Assembly (NCBI GenBank): GCA_041577295.1 | Contig: JBFGJG010000001.1 | Coordinates: forward strand, 32,001-96,000 | Reading direction: 5' to 3' | Source of the DNA: Gemmatimonadales bacterium | Lineage (GTDB): Bacteria > Gemmatimonadota > Gemmatimonadetes > Gemmatimonadales > GWC2-71-9 | DNA length: 64,000 bases | Shown: one piece after another, positions 57,606 to 64,000 of the stretch | Layout of the letters: the number at the start of each line of letters is the position of its first letter | Position numbering within the stretch: position 1 is the first letter of the stretch | Translations under genes and position numbers: made by a program | The notes under the pieces: generated by a model | The model's database searches: none | What the model saw: only the letters and a program-made list of their open reading frames with translations | What the model was told of the DNA's origin: nothing

Positions 57606-59747
57606 TTACTGGAGGGTGCTTCCAGCGGGGGCTTCGATGGAGGCAAGCGCGGCGCCGAGCGCGCCCGCCGCACCTTGGAGACGGATCGCCAGGTCAGCGA
57701 CTTCGCGGGCCATCCGTGCCTGATCGTTGTCCCGCAATGCTTCCCGAATCGCCGGGAGGGGCATGTTGCCGTACCCGTTGTCTCGGTCCGCGGCGAAGAG
57801 GAGGTTGCGCATCCAGGGGCGGTCGGTGAGCCCCTCGACACGGGTCAGTTCCTTGTCGACGCGCAGCAACGACCGATTGACGTTGGTCCAGCGGCGTTGG
57901 CCTGTCGCCGCGAGGGCGGCGTCGCGCGCAGCTTGGAACTCAGCGGCGACGCGTCCGAGGGTTTGCGCGGCATTGCGTAACCGTTCGAGGTCGAGGGTCC
58001 AACCCCGATCCTCGAGGTCGCTTTCCAGGTCTGCGATGAGCTCGAGGATCTGTAGTGCCAGTCCCGCGTGATCGTAGGGGAGCACGTCCGCGTTCGACAG
58101 GCGCGCCGCCAGCGTCCCTGCACTCTGGGCAGCTCCGCGATGAGCCCGGTAGTCGGGATCGCCGAACCTCCTCATCCACGCGTAGGAGTCGTACGCGGAA
58201 TGGTACACGCCGCCTGATCCACCAAACCCGAGATTGGCGGCTGGAATACCGAGCAGGTTGTAGAAGCCGACGAAGTCCGAGCCACCGCCCAAGTCGCCGA
58301 CTCCCGCCTCCGCGTCGTCAGGTGTCTGGTCCCGCCAGTGCCGATACAGGGTGGCGTGGTCTCCAAACGGGTCCGGCACTTCCGCCATGGTTTCCCGTAA
58401 GAGCTTCTTGAGCGCTCCGGCACCACTTGCGCCAAAAGTTTGACCCGACGCGACCGCATCCTGGTTGATGTACGCAACGACCTTTGCGCTCAGCTCGTCG
58501 GCGTGCTGCTCCACCCACTCCCAGGAGCCGATGAGCCCCCACTCTTCAGCATCCCACGTAGCGAACACGATGGTGCGTCGAGGACGGGAGCCTTCCGCAG
58601 CCAGTAGGCCGAATGCTCGCGCCATCTCGAGGACGCTCGCGGTACCGCTCACATTGTCGATCGCCCCGGGCCCCCAGGCGTCACGATGCGCGCCGATCAC
58701 CACCCACTCGTCGGGATTGGTGCTACCTGGAATGATGGCGATGGTGTTGTAGATGGCGTGCATGGCGGCGAGACCTCGCTCAGTCTCCACGGTGAGCTCG
58801 GCGACGACCGGTCCTGGTCCAACGTGATATCGAAACGGCAGACCACCCTGCCAGTCTTGGTCCGGAAGGTTGGCGCCGCGGACATCTCGCAGCAGCTCCG
58901 CGGCGGTTCCATACCCCACAGGAAGTACGGGAATCCGAGCGATGCCGACCATCTCATCCTCAGGCACCCGAGGCGCCCCCCACGTCGAGGGTGTGGTTGG
59001 CGTGCTGGGATCGCCTCGCCCGTTCTTGATGCTGCCCCGTTGCACTCCAAACTCCGGGCGAAAGGGTCCCTCGGGATACACGTCGCCCCGGACATAGCCG
59101 TCATCCGCCGGGTCCGAAAACAAGATGAGACCTGCCGCACCTCGTTGCTCGGCCTCGCGGGCTTTGATACCTCGAAACGAGCGACCGTACCGCGCCACGG
59201 CGATCTTCCCAGCCACACTCACGCCGAGCGAGTCGAGCAACTTATAATCCTCTATGAGGCCGTAATTGACGTAGACGACCTCGCCCATCGCACTCCCCCG
59301 TCCGGAGTACCCGTTGAACGCTGGGAAAATCTGGCCGCGCGTCGCGGGATCCTGCTCCAGGACTGGCTCGGTGATAGTAAGGTCCTGCGGCTGGGGAGCG
59401 ATGCGTCTCAGCACGAGGGTCAGCGGGTGTGGCAGATAGACGAGAAACGAGTCGATGCGGCTCTCGAGACCCCAACGGCGGGTGAGGCTATCGACGTACC
59501 TCGCGGTCCACCGCTGGCGGGGGGTACCTGCGACGTGCGGTTCAGCACTCAAGGCGCGCGACCACTGGCGCGCATGCGCCGTGTCGATCAAGGCGCGAAT
59601 CCGCGATTCGTATTGTCGTTGCACCGAGACCCGACGCGGGGTGAAGCCAGTCATCGGAACGGCGTCCTGCGCCGCGAGCGACGTCGAACCTCCCGTCGCA
59701 CAGAGTGCAGCGGCGATCAGGTAACAAAACCCCCTCAGACACAGCAT
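57606..59747 (-). CDS. M28 peptidase, glutamate carboxypeptidase II / transferrin-receptor-like
   Basis: Signal peptide, PHVAGT, PA domain (YVNYG..DY), GAHRDAW, GAIDN, WDAEEWG, YHSAYD, C-terminal dimerisation helices. Confidence 0.92.
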   Translation of the reverse strand: MLCLRGFCYLIAAALCATGGSTSLAAQDAVPMTGFTPRRVSVQRQYESRIRALIDTAHARQWSRALSAEPHVAGTPRQRWTARYVDSLTRRWGLESRIDSFLVYLPHPLTLVLRRIAPQPQDLTITEPVLEQDPATRGQIFPAFNGYSGRGSAMGEVVYVNYGLIEDYKLLDSLGVSVAGKIAVARYGRSFRGIKAREAEQRGAAGLILFSDPADDGYVRGDVYPEGPFRPEFGVQRGSIKNGRGDPSTPTTPSTWGAPRVPEDEMVGIARIPVLPVGYGTAAELLRDVRGANLPDQDWQGGLPFRYHVGPGPVVAELTVETERGLAAMHAIYNTIAIIPGSTNPDEWVVIGAHRDAWGPGAIDNVSGTASVLEMARAFGLLAAEGSRPRRTIVFATWDAEEWGLIGSWEWVEQHADELSAKVVAYINQDAVASGQTFGASGAGALKKLLRETMAEVPDPFGDHATLYRHWRDQTPDDAEAGVGDLGGGSDFVGFYNLLGIPAANLGFGGSGGVYHSAYDSYAWMRRFGDPDYRAHRGAAQSAGTLAARLSNADVLPYDHAGLALQILELIADLESDLEDRGWTLDLERLRNAAQTLGRVAAEFQAARDAALAATGQRRWTNVNRSLLRVDKELTRVEGLTDRPWMRNLLFAADRDNGYGNMPLPAIREALRDNDQARMAREVADLAIRLQGAAGALGAALASIEAPAGSTLQ

Positions 59748-59750
59748 ACG

Positions 59751-60299
59751 CTATTCGCCACGACTCCAATACGGTTCGAGCTCCACGCCGAGTCCATCCG
59801 CCAGCCGATTGACGTAATTGTAGTAGCAGGTGACCTGACACACATCGAGGATCTCGGCATCCGTCATCCCGATGTCCCGCAGGGGCTGGAGATCCTCCGG
59901 CAGCATCGCCTGGGGCGTCCTCGTCAGCTTCACCGCATACTCCAGCATCGCACGCTCGCGGGGTGAGAGTGCCGCCGCGCGAAAGTCACGCTCCAACGCG
60001 CGGACCTTGTCCTCATCCCGTAGTAGCCGACGGAGACCCGCTCCGTGATGTCGCAGTCAGTACTCACACTCATTTATCGCTGACACAACCACAGCGATCA
60101 TCTCGCGCTCGGCAAGCGTGAGGGGCGATGGGCCCCGCATGAGGTGGCGATAATACTCATAATGCCCCCTCAGCGATTCCGGATTGAGCGCGTGAATTTT
60201 GAGAATGTGATCCACGCCGTGAGGCCCGGCGCAGCGCTCGTACAGCTCTCGAAGCGGCCCGTCAGCGTCTTCTTCATCGACCCAGCTGATCCACGCCAT
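59751..60299 (-). CDS. AhpD/CMD-like peroxidase-related selenoprotein (CxxU; UGA at 60057-60059 read as Sec)
   Basis: ORFs 60057-60299 and 59751-59996 share a frame. Read-through gives EREMIAVVVSAINECEY-U-LRHHG...YYNYVNRLADGLG (182 aa). Confidence 0.9.
60030..60046 (-). promoter_or_regulatory. Bacterial SECIS-like hairpin
   Basis: ACGGAG-CGGGT-CTCCGT starts 10 nt 3' of the UGA; the G-containing loop begins 16 nt after it. Confidence 0.75.
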
Positions 60300-60354
60300 C
60301 GTCAGAACGCTTCCTTTCGGCAGCCCGAGCTCAGCGCCAGGCCTGCGGATCAGA

Positions 60355-61380
60355 TCAGTTCAGGACGCGCCGCGCGGTCACCCACCGTTGTTGCCACCAG
60401 CGACTATCCGGGTCGGAAGAGGTCAGGCTCGACAACTTGACGCCGGCTGACGTACTGTGGATGAACTCACCGTCTCCCACATAGAGTCCGACGTGCGAGA
60501 TCCCGCCCCCACCCTGGGTAAAGCCGAGAATATCGCCCGGCTGGAGCGCCGCGACGTCCCGATCGACGAGCTCACCCGTCCGTGCCTGATCACGGCTTCG
60601 ACGCGGAAGCAGAATACCGTGCTCGCCGTATGCATACTGAATTAGACCCGAGCAGTCATATCCGTTCGCGTCATTGCCACCCCAACGATATGGTGCCCCC
60701 ATCGCGTCGAGCGCGGTGGCAACGACCTGCGAGCGTGTGAACACCGCTTCTTCCGACGACAACGGTCCGGATTCGGTGACGGGGAACGATTCGGCAGGGC
60801 CTGAGGGTGTGGGCTGTGGCACCGGTCGAACCGTGGGTCTCCGTCTCGGTGTGCGGGCGGGACGCGAGCCGAGATCGAACGCCAACCGACCCTGCAGCAC
60901 GAGGCCGCGGCGGTCGTTTGGATCGAGCTGCCAGAACCCCCGAATCTCCCGGTCTTCCACGCGATACGCCGTCTCGATGCCAAGTGTCAAAAAGCGCAGA
61001 GGGCGCACCGCGTACCCGGCGCCCACAGACCAGTAAGCGTCTGGCTCTCCGTCGCTGTGAAGGAAACCCAAGCCCCAGGTCCCGAGAACGTACGGTCCGG
61101 GTCGTGATCGATTCACTCCCAGCGATATCGTCGCACCGGTTTGGGTGCGATCTTCAGCCGCTCGACTGTCGTTCAAATGTGATAGTCCAAGGCCGTAGGC
61201 GACGGGGCCGACGATCCGGCCGTAGTAGGAGAAGCTGTAGACAAACCCGGGACCGTCGCCGTGCCACCACGGGCCGTAGGAAACGTCAATCCCGCCTTGC
61301 TGGGCCGCCGCGGGGCCGCCGAGGGCGAGCCAGAGGCCTAGCGGAACGGTCGATCGCATGAGACGTCTAATCGTGATCAT
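60355..61380 (-). CDS. NlpC/P60 (C40) peptidase with N-terminal beta-barrel-like domain
   Basis: GAPYRWGG, YDCSGL, LPRRSRDQ, SHVGLYVG, FIH; about eight amphipathic strands and a Pro-rich linker upstream. Confidence 0.88.
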   Translation of the reverse strand: MITIRRLMRSTVPLGLWLALGGPAAAQQGGIDVSYGPWWHGDGPGFVYSFSYYGRIVGPVAYGLGLSHLNDSRAAEDRTQTGATISLGVNRSRPGPYVLGTWGLGFLHSDGEPDAYWSVGAGYAVRPLRFLTLGIETAYRVEDREIRGFWQLDPNDRRGLVLQGRLAFDLGSRPARTPRRRPTVRPVPQPTPSGPAESFPVTESGPLSSEEAVFTRSQVVATALDAMGAPYRWGGNDANGYDCSGLIQYAYGEHGILLPRRSRDQARTGELVDRDVAALQPGDILGFTQGGGGISHVGLYVGDGEFIHSTSAGVKLSSLTSSDPDSRWWQQRWVTARRVLN

Positions 61381-61682
61381 GGCGTGCGTACGTTAGGACC
61401 CCTCTGAGATCTCGTCAATCGTGACTCGGCCATCCGCGCGCAATCTGTACCCCGAACGGCAAACGATGCTGTGATCGGGACCACCCGAGATGGTCCGATC
61501 CACATTGCACCGCGAGCCGCTCGTCCCCCATGTCGTGGCCACGCCACATGCCTCAGGATGGCGACTTTGTCTTTTTTGCTTGACGCATCTGCGTACCGAT
61601 CGTATCAGTACCGGGACTTCGAGCCTCCCGAGCACCGAAGTCTCCTTCGCGAAAAACGCGTCCCACCAGTTTGGAGAATGTG

Positions 61683-63428
61683 ATGTCACGATTGCCGCAG
61701 AGTGCCCTCGCACTGAGCGTTGTGCTTTTCCTCGGTTGTTCCGATGTCATTCAGCCGCCAGTCGACACGCCCGAGCCCACGGTGAGTCGGGTGATCCCAG
61801 GTCACTACATCGTTGTCTTTCACGATGAAGTCGTCGATGCGGCCAGCGCGGCGCGTTCACTCAAGGAGATCCGCTCCGGTGCGATACGCTTTACCTACCA
61901 GCATGCCCTCAAAGGGTTCGCCGGACCATTGACCGCGGCACAGGCAGCCGCGTTGGAGCAGAATCCCCTGGTAGCGTACGTGGAACCCGACCGTGAGTTG
62001 AGGCTCACCGTCACGCAGAACAATCCTCCTTCATGGGGCTTGGACCGCATCGACCAGTCCGACCTTCCACTCGATAACGCGTACACCTACGAGTACGACG
62101 GCTCGGGTGTGAACATCTACATCATCGATACCGGGCTGCGAATCTCCCACAACGACTTTGGGGGGCGAGCCCGTTACGTGTCGGGCGGCACCAATGGAGA
62201 TTTCGTGGGAGACGGCAGGGGGAATGCCGAGGACTGTCACGGGCACGGCACGCATGTCGGAGGAACCGCCGCGGGGAGTGGTTACGGTGTGGCCAAGAAC
62301 GCCAACCTGTGGGCCCTGCGGGTGCTGAATTGTGAGGGCTCGGGAAGCACGTCGGGCGTCATCGCTGCCGTGGATTGGGTCACCGGGAGTCACCAGGACC
62401 CGGCCGTGGCGAATATGAGCCTCGGTGGAAGCAGCTCATCGTCGCTCAACAACGCCGTGGCGAACTCGGTGGCGGCCGGCGTTCCCTACGCGGTCTCCGC
62501 GGGCAACGGTAACGCGTTTGGCACGCCACAAAACGCTTGCAATCAGAGTCCAGCGGGAACCGCGAGCGCGATCACCGTCGGTGCAACCGAATCGGACGAT
62601 GACGAGGCGTCGTTCTCCAACTACGGTAGCTGTGTCGACATCCTCGCGCCCGGCGTGAGCATTACGTCGGCCTGGAACACCGGGAACAACGCGACCGCCG
62701 TGCTGAGCGGAACCTCGATGGCCAGTCCGCATGTCGCCGGTGCCGCAGCGCTCGTACTCCAGACCAATCCCAGCTACAGCCCGTCCCAGGTCGTGGATGC
62801 GCTCACCGACAACGCGAGCTCGGGCACCATCGATCTCCACTCACGAAGCCGGCGTTTCGGCACCGACAATCTCCTGCTCAACACGCAGTTCCTCGGGGGT
62901 GGTGGAGGTGGCGGTCCGGGTAACCAGGCGCCCACGGCGGACTTCTCCGCGAGTTGTACCGACCTCACATGCGCCTTCACGGATGCGAGCGATGACGCGG
63001 ATGGCACTGTGGCATCGTGGAGCTGGACCTTCGGCGACGGTGGCAGCTCGCCTGACCAGAGTCCGACGCACAGCTACACGACCGCAGGGACCTACACCGT
63101 GACGCTCACGGTCACCGACAACGATAATGCGACCGACACCGCATCACAGGCGGTAACCGTGTCGGAGGGCGGCGGTGGCGAGCCGAGCGACATCTCGTTG
63201 TCCGTCTCACCGCGCAGCTTCGGCAACTTCAAGGGAGCCACGCTGAGCTGGGACGGCGCGAACGGGTCGCAGGTGGACATCTCTCGTGATGGTGTCGTCG
63301 TTGCCACCACGAACAACGATGGATCGTTCTTCGACCGCATCGGTGCCAACTCGGCCACGAGCTTCGTCTACCAGGTCTGTGAAGCGGGCACTTCGACCTG
63401 CTCGAACGAGGCCACCGCGAACTTCTAG
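61683..63428 (+). CDS. S8 subtilase (aqualysin/proteinase K-like) with I9 propeptide and PKD domain
   Basis: Lipobox-like FLGC, WGLDRIDQ, IIDTG, HGTHV, GTSMASPHVAG; PKD WTFGDG..HSY..GTYTVTLTVTD. Confidence 0.95.
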   Translation: MSRLPQSALALSVVLFLGCSDVIQPPVDTPEPTVSRVIPGHYIVVFHDEVVDAASAARSLKEIRSGAIRFTYQHALKGFAGPLTAAQAAALEQNPLVAYVEPDRELRLTVTQNNPPSWGLDRIDQSDLPLDNAYTYEYDGSGVNIYIIDTGLRISHNDFGGRARYVSGGTNGDFVGDGRGNAEDCHGHGTHVGGTAAGSGYGVAKNANLWALRVLNCEGSGSTSGVIAAVDWVTGSHQDPAVANMSLGGSSSSSLNNAVANSVAAGVPYAVSAGNGNAFGTPQNACNQSPAGTASAITVGATESDDDEASFSNYGSCVDILAPGVSITSAWNTGNNATAVLSGTSMASPHVAGAAALVLQTNPSYSPSQVVDALTDNASSGTIDLHSRSRRFGTDNLLLNTQFLGGGGGGGPGNQAPTADFSASCTDLTCAFTDASDDADGTVASWSWTFGDGGSSPDQSPTHSYTTAGTYTVTLTVTDNDNATDTASQAVTVSEGGGGEPSDISLSVSPRSFGNFKGATLSWDGANGSQVDISRDGVVVATTNNDGSFFDRIGANSATSFVYQVCEAGTSTCSNEATANF

Positions 63429-63457
63429 AACACGGCGCCCCGCGGGGTGCCGTGTTC
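63428..63457 (+). terminator. Hairpin immediately after the subtilase stop
   Basis: gaacacggcgccc-cgcg-gggtgccgtgttc; weak U tract. Confidence 0.55.
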
Positions 63458-63506
63458 GTTGGCGCATCCAGTTGCGCGGGGTGGCGGGCGCCGCTAACTA
63501 CCAGCC

Positions 63507-63917
63507 ATGCCAACCGTCACCGTGACGCGCCGTGTCCACTTCAACGCCGCACACCGGCTGCACAGCACCGAGCTGAGCGATGAGGAGAACAAGCGCACGT
63601 TCGGATTGTGCAACAATCCCAACTACCACGGGCACAATTACGAGCTCGATGTGTCAGTGGAGGGGGAGGTCGATCCGGTGACTGGGTACGTCGCCGATCT
63701 CGGCGAGGTGAAACGCATCGTCGAGGATCTGGTGGTCTCCAAACTCGACCACAAGAACCTCAACCTCGATGTGCCGGAGTTTCGTCAGCTCAACCCGACG
63801 AGCGAGAACATCGCGGTGGTCATCTGGCGGTTACTCGAGGGGCGCCTCCCTGGGGAACTCCGCAAAATCGTTCTCTGGGAAACGCCCCGGAACTATGTGA
63901 GTTACGAGGGTCGCTAG
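63507..63917 (+). CDS. 6-pyruvoyl-tetrahydropterin synthase / QueD family protein
   Basis: FNAAHRL, CNNPNYHGHNY, LDHKNLN, PTSENIA, LWETPRN. Confidence 0.9.
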   Translation: MPTVTVTRRVHFNAAHRLHSTELSDEENKRTFGLCNNPNYHGHNYELDVSVEGEVDPVTGYVADLGEVKRIVEDLVVSKLDHKNLNLDVPEFRQLNPTSENIAVVIWRLLEGRLPGELRKIVLWETPRNYVSYEGR

Positions 63918-63918
63918 C

Positions 63919-64000
63919 TCAGGCTCCAGGCCACAGCCACCCAAAGGTCCCAGCCGTGAGGAGTGCATAGGCCAGACCATCCAGCATGGTTTTGGTCGTC
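63919..64000 (-). CDS. C-terminus of a membrane protein running off window end
   Basis: Manual translation ...TTKTMLDGLAYALLTAGTFGWLWPGA-stop. Confidence 0.6.
   Translation of the reverse strand, partial: TTKTMLDGLAYALLTAGTFGWLWPGA

Noticed and set aside
59751..60299. Pseudogene or two-gene reading of the AhpD-like locus
   Set aside because: The UGA falls at the catalytic Cys position, with a SECIS-like hairpin after it and tRNA-Sec present.
61381..61682. Possible c-di-AMP (ydaO) or c-di-GMP riboswitch between the NlpC/P60 and subtilase genes
   Set aside because: A hairpin (about 61470-61504) and GGCAAAC are present, but the other conserved motifs are not; an Rfam/Infernal scan would settle it.

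Overview
A 64-kb, GC-rich chromosomal segment from a Gram-negative bacterium. Gene content and order suggest Gemmatimonadota, but that is inference. Most of the window is housekeeping: rimP-nusA-infB-rbfA-truB-ribF-secDF-tatD-fhs-ridA, murA, serS-uvrD-gatCAB and groES-groEL with a perfect CIRCE operator. Three accessory systems stand out. (1) A 10-kb, 8-gene, co-oriented locus (38947-48944) that reads as a quinol-to-cell-surface electron conduit. It encodes a Rieske protein, a b6-like cytochrome b, a membrane-anchored 9-heme cytochrome, a 16-heme cytochrome, an outer-membrane beta-barrel and three multiheme lipoproteins, for 50 CxxCH + 3 CX4CH motifs by hand count. The two paralogous lipoprotein genes share an upstream 11-bp-periodic operator-like motif. 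(2) Selenocysteine recoding: tRNA-Sec (selC), plus an AhpD/CMD-like gene that the ORF track splits at an in-frame UGA completing a CxxU motif, followed by a SECIS-like hairpin. (3) A minimal bacterial microcompartment locus (2 BMC-H, acylating aldehyde dehydrogenase, PduL) with no signature enzyme or pentamer. No CRISPR array, rRNA, prophage, integrase or transposase was seen. All calls are by eye from motifs; no searches were run. Several start codons were adjusted from the ORF track.
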